A DNA stretch of 64,000 bases from an uncultured Chloroflexia bacterium (GCA_963810095.1 CAWEMM010000006.1:1760001-1824000), one strand, 5' to 3'. Positions 10,885-20,750 are shown, numbered from the stretch's first letter. A program made the numbers and translations. The notes: a model not told the origin generated them from the sequence alone.

Positions 10885-11685
10885 ATGGGAGAAATCCTCA
10901 GTTTTCTGCTCACCGCCGGCCTGCTCATTCTTATCGTTCTTGGCCTGCTCAGCACGGCCATCAAGATTGTCACCGAGTACGAGCGCGGCGTCATCTTCCG
11001 CCTGGGCCGCCTGATCGGCGCCAAGGGTCCGGGCCTCTTCTTCATCATCCCGATCGTCGATCGCATGGTAAAGGTCGACCTACGGGTGGTAACGCTCGAC
11101 ATTCCCTCGCAGGAGGCAATCACTCGGGACAACGTCACCGTCAAGGTCAACGCGGTCGCGTACTACCGGGTGATCAGCCCGACGGAAGCCATCGTCAAGG
11201 TGGAGAACTTCAATAAGGCGACGTATCAGATCGCGCAGACCAGCTTACGCTCCGTGATCGGCCAGTCAGACCTGGACGACCTGTTGGCGCGGCGCGACGA
11301 GATCAACCTGCGGCTGCAGCGCATCATCGACGAGCAGACCGAGCCATGGGGCATCAAGGTCAGCATCGTCGAGGTGAAGGATGTCGAGCTGCCCGATACG
11401 ATGAAGCGCGCAATGGCTGCCCAAGCTGAGGCCGAGCGCGGGAAGCGGGCTAAGATTATTGCTGCTGAAGGCGAGTTCATGGCGTCACAGCAGCTCTCCG
11501 CGGCCGCCGAAGTCATCGGGCGTCAGCCCGCCACGCTCCAACTGCGCTACCTGCAGACCCTCATCGAGATAGCGGCAGAGCGCAACTCGACGATCATCTT
11601 CCCGATCCCGATCGAGTTCATGCGCGCCTTCGGCGCGTGGAGCTCGCCGCCGGCCGACAAGGACGAAGAGACGCCGGCGGCCTGA
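10885..11685 (+). CDS. SPFH/stomatin-like (slipin) protein
   Basis: EYERGVIFRLG, AQAEAER.KRAKII and LQLRYLQTL motifs; GGAGG RBS. Confidence 0.93.
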   Translation: MGEILSFLLTAGLLILIVLGLLSTAIKIVTEYERGVIFRLGRLIGAKGPGLFFIIPIVDRMVKVDLRVVTLDIPSQEAITRDNVTVKVNAVAYYRVISPTEAIVKVENFNKATYQIAQTSLRSVIGQSDLDDLLARRDEINLRLQRIIDEQTEPWGIKVSIVEVKDVELPDTMKRAMAAQAEAERGKRAKIIAAEGEFMASQQLSAAAEVIGRQPATLQLRYLQTLIEIAAERNSTIIFPIPIEFMRAFGAWSSPPADKDEETPAA

Positions 11686-11784
11686 TCGTCCTTGACGACG
11701 GCGCCTCTGCAATCGCGGGGGCCGCGATAGCACGGTTCGCAGCGCAAGCAGAGAGACCTTTTCTGCAATTGGAAAACGTGGATT

Positions 11785-12441
11785 ATGAACAGCCCTAACC
11801 GCGCAGGGTGGCGCGGTTACGTGGTCCTCAGTTTGGTCTGGTTGGTCGTGCTCGCCGGCGTGCTGCTGTTCATGCGCCGGCCCGCTGCCCAACCGATCGA
11901 GATCCTGCCGCCGCCCACGCCAGCCCCTTCAGTTACGCCACTGCCGACCTTCACGCCGGGGCCGACCGCCAGCCCGCGACCCTTGCGCATCGACGTAAGC
12001 GGCGCGGTTGCCAATCCCCGTGTGTACACGCTGCCCGGGGGAAGCGTCATCGCGGATGCAATCGCGCTCGCCGGCGGTCCTGCGGCTGATGCAGACCTGG
12101 ATCGCATCAACAAGGCAGTCGAGCTCCAGGATGGCATGCAGGTCTACGTGCCGCGCAAGGCCGAGACACCCGCGCTGCCGCCCATCTCCACCTCCCAGGC
12201 TGCCCCGCATCCCACAGCGCCGCCTGTTCGCTCTGCCATCACCGTTGCGGTTGCCGGTCGCATCAACGTGAACACCGCCACACTGGCCGAGCTGGACACG
12301 CTGCCGGGAATCGGTCCCAAGACCGCGCAGTTGATCGTGGACGGGCGGCCGTATGCCCAGGTCGACGATCTTCTGAAAGTGAAAGGGATCGGCCCGGCAA
12401 CGCTGGCCAAGCTTGCGGACCTGGTGACCGTGGATAACTGA
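11785..12441 (+). CDS. comEA: ComEA DNA-uptake receptor (SLBB + HhH)
   Basis: N-terminal TM helix, DVSGAVANP, INVNTA..ELDTLPGIGP and VKGIGP. Confidence 0.9.
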   Translation: MNSPNRAGWRGYVVLSLVWLVVLAGVLLFMRRPAAQPIEILPPPTPAPSVTPLPTFTPGPTASPRPLRIDVSGAVANPRVYTLPGGSVIADAIALAGGPAADADLDRINKAVELQDGMQVYVPRKAETPALPPISTSQAAPHPTAPPVRSAITVAVAGRINVNTATLAELDTLPGIGPKTAQLIVDGRPYAQVDDLLKVKGIGPATLAKLADLVTVDN

Positions 12442-12489
12442 GGGGATTTATTTGTGCGCTAATTAATAAGATGTCTCTGATAATAATCG

Positions 12490-12602
12490 TAAGCAACATC
12501 ACTGGAGAGCAGGAGGGGGCGTAATACTATAGACGTAGATTCTTCCTCCTCCTTTGCGCACGAAGGCCGGGGCCACCAGTCAACCCCGGTCTTCGTGTCT
12601 TT
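12490..12602 (+). ncRNA. Candidate small RNA with CCUCCUCCUUU tract and its own terminator
   Basis: AT-rich promoter-like sequence upstream; AGGAGGGGG/CCTCCTCCT stem; 14-bp terminator stem 12559-12597 + TCTTT; no ORF. Confidence 0.45.
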
Positions 12603-12641
12603 AATCGGCCCTGCATCCGATACCCCGGCCTGCCCGCGTTG

Positions 12642-13154
12642 CTAAAGATCGTGAACCAACTCCTCGAGCGGCCGGCGAGCGCTGGGCGCGGGAGACTCGG
12701 CTGCGTACCCGATGGGCAGCACCGCGACAGGCACCCAGTCGGGCGGCGCTCCCAGCGCGGCAGTCACCTTCGCGGGGTCAAAAGCGCCGATCCAAACCGT
12801 TCCGAGCCCCTGGTCCGCCGCCATTAGCATCGCATGCGTCGCGGCAATCGTCGCGTCTTGCAGCGCGTACAGCTCGCGGCCGCGTGAGCCATACTTCCGC
12901 GCAGATCGTCCTGTGTTCGCAAAGAAGACCAGGATGACCGGGGCTTGGGCGATAAAGGATTGGTCGGCCGCCCGGGCTAAGGCTGCGCGGGGATGGGGAC
13001 CTGTGACGTTGTAGATTTCGTAGGCCTGAAGATTGCCGGCCGAAGGGGCCAAGTTGGCCGCTTCGAGGATACAGTCGAGCTTGTGTTCCTCGACGTGGCG
13101 GTTTTCAAACGCGCGCACCGAGCGCCGCGCCCGGATCAACTCTGCGAGTTCCAT
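12642..13154 (-). CDS. Nitroreductase family protein
   Basis: RRSVRAF, APSAGNLQ and GLGTVWIGAF motifs; AAGGAGG RBS. Confidence 0.92.
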   Translation of the reverse strand: MELAELIRARRSVRAFENRHVEEHKLDCILEAANLAPSAGNLQAYEIYNVTGPHPRAALARAADQSFIAQAPVILVFFANTGRSARKYGSRGRELYALQDATIAATHAMLMAADQGLGTVWIGAFDPAKVTAALGAPPDWVPVAVLPIGYAAESPAPSARRPLEELVHDL

Positions 13155-13245
13155 GCTCACCTCCTTGATCTGCGCGTATCATAGCACAAACGGCGGCGGT
13201 GCGCACCTGGAACATCCGGCCGGCAGATTCCCTGTAGCCGCGGCA

Positions 13246-13425
13246 TCACGGGTCGCTGCAGTCACGCATGAAGCCGCAGCGCGGGCAGATGATCTTGCAG
13301 TGGCGCTCCACCACCGTGGCACCGCAGACCCAGCAGCGGCCGGCGTCGTCTTCCGGCCGCGCCGGCCTGTTGGCCTCATGCGGTGGGCGTTCTGTGTCTT
13401 CCTCAGCTGTTTTGTGGGCGTCCAC
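13246..13425 (-). CDS. 59-aa zinc-finger microprotein (HVO_2523-like), absent from the ORF track
   Basis: Manual translation MDAHKT...CWVCGATVVERHCKIICPRCGFMRDCSDP*; GTG start overlaps the end of the upstream gene. Confidence 0.75.
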   Translation of the reverse strand: MDAHKTAEEDTERPPHEANRPARPEDDAGRCWVCGATVVERHCKIICPRCGFMRDCSDP

Positions 13426-14119
13426 CGATCTTGTCCATCAGGTAATCCTGGAATTGGTCCCCATAGCGCCAGAAGAGCAAGAGGATCACCAGGCCCAACA
13501 CGCCGATGACGATCCACACGACGAGCGGAACGCTTTCGGCCGACGCGCCGAGCCAGACCGCGGCCGCCAGCCCGGGGAGCCGTGCCAGGGCCGCCATTGG
13601 CAGCATGATGCGAATGGGCAGTGTCGTCAGCCCGACGACGAAACACAACAGGTCGTCGGGCAGGCCGGGGATCAGGAAGAACAGGAAGAAGAAGCCCAAC
13701 CCCTTGCCCGCGGCCAACCTGTCGAGTCGGTCGAGAAGATCGGGACTGACCAGGTGCTTGATGAGGGGACGCCCCGCGTAGCGCGCCAGCAGCATGGCGA
13801 CTGCCGCACCGACCACGAGCCCAATCCAGCTGTACAAGAGGCCCAACCACGTTCCGTAAACGTAGCCGGACACGAAATTGGTCATCTGGCCGGGCACCGG
13901 CGCGATCACGGTTTGCGCAACGGACAGCGCGACGATGACGACCGGCCCCCAGGCGCCCGCACCGCGGATCTCGGCGGCCACCTGCTGACGATCTGCAAAC
14001 ACCCGTAGCAATTGGTCGCGCCAAATCACGAGCGGGACGGTCAGCGCGACGGCAACGCCGAGCACGACCAGCACGCGGAGCCAGAGCGGCCAGGGCCTCC
14101 CTCGCGGCGCCGGCGTCAT
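13403..14119 (-). CDS. DedA/VTT (TVP38/TMEM64) membrane protein
   Basis: QTVIAPVPGQ and FLIPGLPDDLLCF motifs. Confidence 0.88.
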   Translation of the reverse strand: MTPAPRGRPWPLWLRVLVVLGVAVALTVPLVIWRDQLLRVFADRQQVAAEIRGAGAWGPVVIVALSVAQTVIAPVPGQMTNFVSGYVYGTWLGLLYSWIGLVVGAAVAMLLARYAGRPLIKHLVSPDLLDRLDRLAAGKGLGFFFLFFLIPGLPDDLLCFVVGLTTLPIRIMLPMAALARLPGLAAAVWLGASAESVPLVVWIVIGVLGLVILLLFWRYGDQFQDYLMDKIGGRPQNS

Positions 14120-14155
14120 TTTTCCCCTCGTGTGCGCGCAACTATAATGTGCAAC

Positions 14156-15736
14156 ATGACCGCGCAATCCGCCCCGCAAGCCATCAGTCGTCCTTACCTC
14201 TACTTATTGGTTTTCACGGCCGGCTTCAGCACGCTCGGCGTGGAGCTAAGCGCCGCGCGGCTGCTCGACCCCTGGTTCGGCAACTCGCTCGTCGTCTGGG
14301 CGAGCCTCATCGGCCTGATCCTGTTCTACCTGGCCGTCGGCTACTGGCTGGGCGGCCGGGTGGCCGACCGTTGGCCCGACCGGCTCGTCCTGCTGCGCAT
14401 CGTCGCCGTTGGCGCATTTGGCATCGGGCTGATTCCGACCGTCTCGCGCCCGGTGCTGCGGCTGGCAAGCGGCGGGCTGGACACGTTTGATGCCGGCCTG
14501 CTGGGCGGCAGCATGGCCGCGATCCTCGTCCTGTTCGCGGTTCCGGTCACCCTGCTCGGCTGCGTCAGCCCGTTCGCCATCCGCCTCGGAATTAAGGACG
14601 TCGCAGGCAGTGGCGAAGTTGCCGGGCGCATCTCGGCCCTGTCGACGTTCGGCAGCATCCTGGGCAGCTTCCTGCCGGTGCTGCTGCTGATCCCCACGCT
14701 GGGCACCCGGCAGACCTTCGCCGTGCTATCGGTCGCGCTGCTGCTGGTCGCGTTGCTAGGCTTCCTGCAATACCACCGCCGTGCCGATGCGTTGCTCGTG
14801 ATCCTCGCCGTCCTGGTGGTGAGTTGGCTCGGGTTCCGTCCGGTGGGGCCGCTCAAAGCCACGCAGGGCCTGGTGTACGAGAGCGAATCTGCGTTCAACT
14901 ATATCCAGGTGCTCGACCTGGGTGTGGAACGCCAATTGCGATTGAATGAAGGCGAGGGCATTCATTCGGTATACCGCCCCGCGGGCGGTCTCGCCGACGG
15001 CATCTGGGACTATTTCCTCCTCGCGCCCGCGTTCAACCCCGCGCCCTACGAGCCGGGGCAGGTTCAGCGCGTTGCAGTCGTCGGCCTCGCGGCGGGCACC
15101 ATGGCGCACCTGTTCACCGAGGGCTATGGTCCGATCCGCATTGAAGGGGCCGAGCTTGATCCTGCCATCCTCGAGGCCGGTCGGGAATGGTTCGACATGA
15201 ACATGCCGAACCTGGCGGCTTATGCGATGGACGGCAGGCGCTTTCTTGCGCGTCCGCCGGCGGAGGCGGCCGCACCGTACGACCTGATTGCAGTCGATGC
15301 GTACCGCCCGCCCTACATCCCATTCCACCTGATCACGGCCGAGTTCTTTGCATTGGCCCGCGACCGGCTGTCCCAAAACGGGGTGGTGGCGGTCAACGTC
15401 GGCCGCACGCATACCGACTACAGTCTGGTGGATGCAGTCGCCGCGACGATGCAAGCCGTCTTCCCATCCGTTTATATCCTGGACCTACCGGATGGAGGCA
15501 GCACGCTGGGCAACAGCCTGGTCGTGGGCACCCGGGAGCCGAGTACCACGGCGGACTTCACTGCGAACCTGGCCCGGTACAATGGCGGACTGCTCGGCCA
15601 GGTGGCCGGCGTCGTGCCGGCCCCGCGCCCGGCCGGGCCGCCGGCTGGCACACCCGTCTTCACCGACGACCGCGCGCCGGTGGAGCAGGTCGTGCATGAA
15701 CTCGTGTTCAAGTACATGCTGGGAGAGCAGAAATAG
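14156..15736 (+). CDS. Fused membrane/spermidine-synthase-like methyltransferase
   Basis: N-terminal TM region (VELSAARLLDPWFGNS), VVGLAAGT, VDAY.PPYIPFHL and FTDDRAPVE. Confidence 0.88.
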   Translation: MTAQSAPQAISRPYLYLLVFTAGFSTLGVELSAARLLDPWFGNSLVVWASLIGLILFYLAVGYWLGGRVADRWPDRLVLLRIVAVGAFGIGLIPTVSRPVLRLASGGLDTFDAGLLGGSMAAILVLFAVPVTLLGCVSPFAIRLGIKDVAGSGEVAGRISALSTFGSILGSFLPVLLLIPTLGTRQTFAVLSVALLLVALLGFLQYHRRADALLVILAVLVVSWLGFRPVGPLKATQGLVYESESAFNYIQVLDLGVERQLRLNEGEGIHSVYRPAGGLADGIWDYFLLAPAFNPAPYEPGQVQRVAVVGLAAGTMAHLFTEGYGPIRIEGAELDPAILEAGREWFDMNMPNLAAYAMDGRRFLARPPAEAAAPYDLIAVDAYRPPYIPFHLITAEFFALARDRLSQNGVVAVNVGRTHTDYSLVDAVAATMQAVFPSVYILDLPDGGSTLGNSLVVGTREPSTTADFTANLARYNGGLLGQVAGVVPAPRPAGPPAGTPVFTDDRAPVEQVVHELVFKYMLGEQK

Positions 15737-15820
15737 GACGCAGACCTAACTGATCAGACTGATCTGCCTGATATCCCGGCGAAGATCCGGACGATCAGGC
15801 TAATTGGCAATGTCAGCCTG
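15737..15820. repeat. 9-nt-period inverted repeat (family B) right after the stop codon
   Basis: gacgcagac|ctaactgat|cagactgat|ctgcctgat ... atccggacg|atcaggcta|attggcaat|gtcagcctg. Confidence 0.6.
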
Positions 15821-16828
15821 CTACTTAGGCCCGGCTTTCAGCGCGTCCCTGTGGGCGAGCAGATTTGCGTGGGGCGTGCCGTCGGGAATCTCGCAGCCGG
15901 CCATGCTGATATAACGCGGGCCGCCGGCGACCAGTTCTGCGCCGATGGCTGCCCGCACCATCTCGGGCGTGCCGTCCAGCATGACCGCCACCGGGTCGTG
16001 ATTGCCGCAGGGAGCCGCCCGGTCTCCGAACACTTCTGCGGCCCGCCCCAGGTCGACCATCCAGTCCAGGTCGATGATATCTGCCCCGGTCTGCAGCATG
16101 TCGGCGAGGATGCGGCTCGTGTTTCCGCAGATGTGCAGCCGGGCGAGCGCGCCCATCTCGTGAACGGCGGCAAAGATCCGCTGTTCGTATGGCAGCGCAA
16201 ACTCCCGGTAGATACGGGGCGATACCTGTGAGGCGACCGCGTCGCCCAACCCCACGATGTGTGCGCCGGCAGCCACCTGGGCGCGTGCGAACGCGATCTC
16301 AGCTTGGACGCACGTTTCCAGCAGTTCGTGGACCCACTCCGGCCGGTCGATGAGGTCGGTCATCAGCCGGCCCATGCCGCGCACATCTGCGGCCTCGGCC
16401 AGCGCGCCTTCCACCCATCCCAGCACCGGCATCTCTCCCTGTGAGCGTTCCGCGAACAGCCGGACCGCGGCCAGCCGGTCGCTCATGCGCGGCCCATCTT
16501 CCGGCTTTGGATAGCGCAAGCGGGCAAGATCGCCTGGCTCTTGCACGAGGGGCTCGCGGGCCATGGGGAGCGAATCATGGGGAAAGCTGACGGCAAGCCC
16601 GGCGTCGGCGGCCTCGCGGTAGGGGTCCGAGATGGCCTGCCACAGGTCGAGGTCGAACGCCTCCTGCACGGCCCAATTGGCCTCGCACAGCACCCGGTAA
16701 TCCTGGTAATAGCGGCTCAGCGGCTGGCCGATGAAATGGGCCGCAAACTGCATCATGATGTTGAAGTTCGGCGCTCGGTCGACCGGTTTTCCGGCCAGGC
16801 GCGCGGTGAGGCGCTCGTGTGCGTTCAT
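15821..16828 (-). CDS. Uroporphyrinogen decarboxylase-like / MtaA-CmuA methyltransferase family
   Basis: SDPYREA, LHICGNT and GCEIP.GTP..N motifs. Confidence 0.85.
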   Translation of the reverse strand: MNAHERLTARLAGKPVDRAPNFNIMMQFAAHFIGQPLSRYYQDYRVLCEANWAVQEAFDLDLWQAISDPYREAADAGLAVSFPHDSLPMAREPLVQEPGDLARLRYPKPEDGPRMSDRLAAVRLFAERSQGEMPVLGWVEGALAEAADVRGMGRLMTDLIDRPEWVHELLETCVQAEIAFARAQVAAGAHIVGLGDAVASQVSPRIYREFALPYEQRIFAAVHEMGALARLHICGNTSRILADMLQTGADIIDLDWMVDLGRAAEVFGDRAAPCGNHDPVAVMLDGTPEMVRAAIGAELVAGGPRYISMAGCEIPDGTPHANLLAHRDALKAGPK

Positions 16829-16840
16829 CGACCCTCCGGT

Positions 16841-17545
16841 CTAGGGGGTTGGAGCGGCGGTCCCATTCTTGGGAGCAGTGAGGAAGCAGAGAATCCCATC
16901 GACGACGCCTTGCGCCGCCCGCTCGGGCTTTTCGGTCAGCAATTCGCGATCCGTTTTGAGGAAGCCCAGCTCGATAATTGCCGCGGGGGTGTCGAGCGAA
17001 ATCTCCCGGAACGCGTGATAATTGGTCATGTCGGTCGTGATCGTCGCCACGTGCCGGTCGAGCCCGGTCGCCAGCTCGTACTTGTCCCACAGGCAGGTCG
17101 CAAGACGTTCGGAGGCAGCGGTGCCGCCCTCTTCGCTGGCAACCTTGAAACCGCTGAAGTCGCTTGCGCACGAGTCGCTGTGGATGGAGACGAGGGCGTT
17201 GGCTTTCAGGCCGCGCAGCCGGCGATCGAACTCGTCCATGATTTCCACCCGGATGCCCTCACGCCCCAGTCCGTCGGCCACCAACTGCGCCACCTTCAGA
17301 TTAACCTCGGCCTCGGTCAGCCCATCCTTGCAGACTGCGCCCGAGTCGTTCCCCTTGTGGCCCACGATGACGGCAACGTCCAGCCCGCCCGTAGGTTGGC
17401 CGGCCAGCAGGAACTGGAGCCAGTTGGGCCCCACGCCGCGCGTGGCGATTCGCTCGCCCGCCCAGATGACGGCGACGAAGGCGACCGCCAGCAGCAGGAG
17501 CGGCTTGGCGCTGGAGCGTTGGGGCTTCTTCTTGCGCTTGGGCAT
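16841..17545 (-). CDS. N-acetylmuramoyl-L-alanine amidase (Amidase_3)
   Basis: GHKGNDSGA, EAEVN, VSIHSD and IIELGFL motifs; N-terminal TM helix. Confidence 0.88.
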   Translation of the reverse strand: MPKRKKKPQRSSAKPLLLLAVAFVAVIWAGERIATRGVGPNWLQFLLAGQPTGGLDVAVIVGHKGNDSGAVCKDGLTEAEVNLKVAQLVADGLGREGIRVEIMDEFDRRLRGLKANALVSIHSDSCASDFSGFKVASEEGGTAASERLATCLWDKYELATGLDRHVATITTDMTNYHAFREISLDTPAAIIELGFLKTDRELLTEKPERAAQGVVDGILCFLTAPKNGTAAPTP

Positions 17546-17599
17546 ACGGGCCGATGATATCCAATAAATGCTATTTCCGCAACTGCCAGACGCTTCGCT

Positions 17600-17673
17600 T
17601 ACCACGAAGACACGAGGGCCCACAAAGCAGTTTCGTTCTTCGTGCGGCTTTGTGTCTTCGTGCCTTCGTGGTG
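17600..17673. repeat. 8-nt-period inverted repeat (family A)
   Basis: ACCACGAAG ACACGAGG...CTTTGTGT CTTCGTGC CTTCGTGGT. Confidence 0.7.
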
Positions 17674-17765
17674 AACGTTTGCCCTCTTAAGCGGCCTCTT
17701 TTGACTTTTCGCCCTCGCGCGGGTATATTGGTTCGGCCTATCACTAAGACGAGGACCTACCTCTT

Positions 17766-18744
17766 ATGAGCGAGCTCGGGCGCCTGATGGCGGAGGCGCG
17801 CACGGCCAAGGGCCTAAGCCTGGCCGACGTAGAATCGATCACGCGAATCCGCCAAAAATGGCTTGAGGCGTTGGAGAGCGGGGACTACGGAAAGCTCCCC
17901 GCGCGGCGCAACAACGCGCGGCTTCCTGCGCACCTATGCAGCCTATCTCGGCCTGGATGTCCGGGCTGTGCTGAATCTTTACACCGACGAGAGCGGCGAC
18001 GCTGGCGATGGCACGTTTGTGGCCGAGCCGGGCAAGCCGCGACTGGTCGACTACCGGCCGCTCGAAGTCGAGTTGATCGACGAGCAGTCGGACAACGGAT
18101 GGGTGCCCTGGGTGGTAGCCCTGGTGGTTGTAGCGGCCCTGGCGGCAGGAGCCTGGTGGTTTCTCAACCGCAACCCCGGCTGGAACCCACTGGCCGCGCT
18201 TGCGCCGCCGCCTCCGGCAACCGCGGTGGCGACCAGCACGTCGACGCCGTGGATCGTGACGGCAACGCCGCGGGCGGTTGGTACGCTGCCCCAGCCTGAG
18301 GCCACCAATCCCGGGGAGATCGTCGTGCCCGCGGCAACGTCCGACATTCTGCCGCTGCCCACGCCGACCGTGCCGGCGACGGCCCAGCCGACGCCGCGGC
18401 CAACGGCCACCCCCGAAGTTGTGGGGAGCGCCATCACGGCTGAGATGAAGGCGGTCCAGCGGGCCTGGGTCCGCGTGCTCGTCGACGGTGCGGTGGCGGA
18501 AGAGGGCTTCCTTTCGCCCGAGGATCAGCGTGTCTGGGAGGCCACCCAGTCGATCGTCATCCGAACCGGGAATGCCGGGGGCGTGAACTTGACGCTAAAC
18601 GGCGAGGATCTCGGCCCGATGGGCGACGTGGGCCAGGTGGTCGAGCGAAGCTGGGTGGTTGGAGGCGCCGGCGAGGTGATCGAGGGCGGCGTGCCTGAAC
18701 AGACGCCGGCAGAGCCAACCGCAACGCCGACGGCAGCCGGCTAG
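17766..18744 (+). CDS. rodZ: RodZ-like protein (HTH, TM, DUF4115); apparent frameshift near 17902
   Basis: TRIRQKWLEALESGDY then RGFLRTYAAYLGLD in a second frame; WVRVLVDG and RTGNAGGV; directly upstream of rimO. Confidence 0.8.
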
Positions 18745-18769
18745 ATAACTGAATTGGCCGCTTCAAAGT

Positions 18770-18802
18770 GGGTAGCGGGGTAAGCTCCGCTACCCCTTCT
18801 TT
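18770..18802 (+). terminator. Hairpin terminator between rodZ and rimO
   Basis: GGGTAGCGGGG-TAAG-CTCCGCTACCC then CTTCTTT. Confidence 0.6.
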
Positions 18803-18840
18803 ATTAAGGCAAGCGCGGTGGCACTTGTGAGTGGTGACAG

Positions 18841-20271
18841 ATGAAATATTATCTGATGACGCTGGGATGTCCGAAGAATACGGTAGACAGCGAAGGCATC
18901 GCGATGATGCTAAGCGACGCAGGGTACCGGGGCACGGCCGTGCCCGACGATGCCGACGTCCTGATCGTGAATACGTGCGGGTTCCTCCAGGCCGCTGAAG
19001 ACGAGTCGCTGGCCAACCTGCGCGAACTCGCCCAATCGAAACGCCGCGGGCAGATGTTGATCGCGGCGGGCTGCATGGCCCAACGTAACGGCAGCCGCAT
19101 CGTGCAGGAAGTGCCGGGCGTCGACGGACTGCTCGGAACCCGGCGCTGGATGGAGGTCGTGCCGTTCATCAAAGCGCTGCGCGCAAACGCGCAGAACAAA
19201 CCGGGTTCCTCCGAGAACCCCGGTTTGCTAACCCCGGCCTTTGGCCGCTATGCCCTGCTGGGCGACCCGGAGCAGCCGCTGGCGGCCGCCATGCCCCGGC
19301 CTGCGGTGCAAAACGGCAGCGCGTACCTGAAGATCAGCGACGGGTGCAACGCGCCGTGCGCCTTCTGCTCGATTCCGTCGTTCAAGGGGAAGCTGGCAAG
19401 CCGGCCCATGGACGCCGTTGTGGCGGAGGCGCGGTCTCTCGTCGCATCTGGCGCGCAGGAATTGATCCTCATCGCGCAGGACACGACGGACTATGGCCGC
19501 GACCTGGGCCGCGCCGACCTGCTGCCCGACCTGATCACCGCGATCCTGGGGGCGACGCCCGACCTGCGCTGGCTGCGGCTGATGTACGCCTACCCGGGCC
19601 ACGTCTCGCAGCGGCTCATCGACGCGATGGCGTCGGACCCGCGCGTGTGCCACTACCTGGACATTCCACTGCAACACGGCCACCCCGCTGTCTTGCGACG
19701 CATGTTCCGGCCGAGCAACACGGAGAAGCTGCTTGAAACCTTCGCCGAGATGCGGCGCGCGATGCCCGATATGGCATTCCGCAGCACGTTCATCGTGGGG
19801 CTGCCGGGCGAAACCGAGGAGGAGTTCCAGGGACTGCTCGACTTCGTCCGGGCCATCGAGTTCGACAAGGTCGGCGTCTTCACCTTCAGCCCCGAGCCGG
19901 GAACGCCGGCAGCCGACATGCCGGGACAGGTCGGCGAAGAGGTCAAGGGTGAGCGCTACGAGAGGGTGATGGCCCTCCAGCAGCGCATCTCGCTGGCGCG
20001 GAACCAGGCACAGGTGGGCCGGAGCCTCGACGTGTTGGTCGAGGCGCACGGCGAAATGGAAGGCATGGCGCCGGCCGGGGGCAAGAACGGGCATTCGGCA
20101 AAGGCCCAGCCCCGGCGACAGCCCGTCTCGCTGGCGCGCAGCTATCGCGACGCGCCGGAAGTGGACGGCTACGTCGTGATTCCCGGCGTGTTGCCGCTCG
20201 GCAAGATGGCCGCTGCCCGGATCACGGGCGCGATTGAGTACGACCTGGTGGGAGAAGCGATCACGGGGTAA
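18841..20271 (+). CDS. rimO: Ribosomal protein S12 methylthiotransferase RimO
   Basis: LGCPKNTVDSE, AYLKISDGCNAPCAFCSIP and TRAM DAPEVDG. Confidence 0.95.
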   Translation: MKYYLMTLGCPKNTVDSEGIAMMLSDAGYRGTAVPDDADVLIVNTCGFLQAAEDESLANLRELAQSKRRGQMLIAAGCMAQRNGSRIVQEVPGVDGLLGTRRWMEVVPFIKALRANAQNKPGSSENPGLLTPAFGRYALLGDPEQPLAAAMPRPAVQNGSAYLKISDGCNAPCAFCSIPSFKGKLASRPMDAVVAEARSLVASGAQELILIAQDTTDYGRDLGRADLLPDLITAILGATPDLRWLRLMYAYPGHVSQRLIDAMASDPRVCHYLDIPLQHGHPAVLRRMFRPSNTEKLLETFAEMRRAMPDMAFRSTFIVGLPGETEEEFQGLLDFVRAIEFDKVGVFTFSPEPGTPAADMPGQVGEEVKGERYERVMALQQRISLARNQAQVGRSLDVLVEAHGEMEGMAPAGGKNGHSAKAQPRRQPVSLARSYRDAPEVDGYVVIPGVLPLGKMAAARITGAIEYDLVGEAITG

Positions 20272-20306
20272 ATCGATCCAGGGTCCGCATGGACGATGGG
20301 CAAAAG

Positions 20307-20352
20307 AAAACACGAAAGGAGCTGACCGGCATGCAACTCCTTTCGTGTTTTT
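20307..20352. terminator. Bidirectional terminator
   Basis: AAAACACGAAAGGAG...CTCCTTTCGTGTTTTTT between convergent genes. Confidence 0.8.
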
Positions 20353-20390
20353 TGATTCTCCGGCCGTGAACCCGGCCCGGATTACCTGCC

Positions 20391-20750
20391 CTAATCCACC
20401 ACCCGGTAGTCGCCGTCGACGGTTTTCTCGGTGCGCGGCGCCTTGGGATCCGTCGCCGTGCTGGGCCGGCCCGCCAACTCATCACGGTAGAACTGGACCA
20501 GCCAGGACGGCGACATGTCGATGAAAAACTTCATCGCAAGCGCGATGACCGCCAGGTCGTCCAATTGACCCAGCACGGGAATGAAGTCGGGCAGAATGTC
20601 GATCGGCAGCAGCAGGTACGCGAGCACTGCGCCGGGTATAAGATACTTGGTGGTCTTGGAAATGCGGGGATCCCGGAACAGTTTCCATGCCAGCCGAGCG
20701 TTAGCAACGATATCCGATAACATGCCTGTGGACTTAACAGGATTTGCCAT
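20391..20750 (-). CDS. DUF1232/YkvA family membrane protein
   Basis: YLLLPIDILPDFIPVLGQLDD motif. Confidence 0.9.
   Translation of the reverse strand: MANPVKSTGMLSDIVANARLAWKLFRDPRISKTTKYLIPGAVLAYLLLPIDILPDFIPVLGQLDDLAVIALAMKFFIDMSPSWLVQFYRDELAGRPSTATDPKAPRTEKTVDGDYRVVD

Noticed and set aside
15821-16828. Call as true hemE or as part of a corrinoid methyltransferase system
   Set aside because: It lacks the HemE RQAGR motif, and no corrinoid protein or MT1 gene is adjacent; left at family level.
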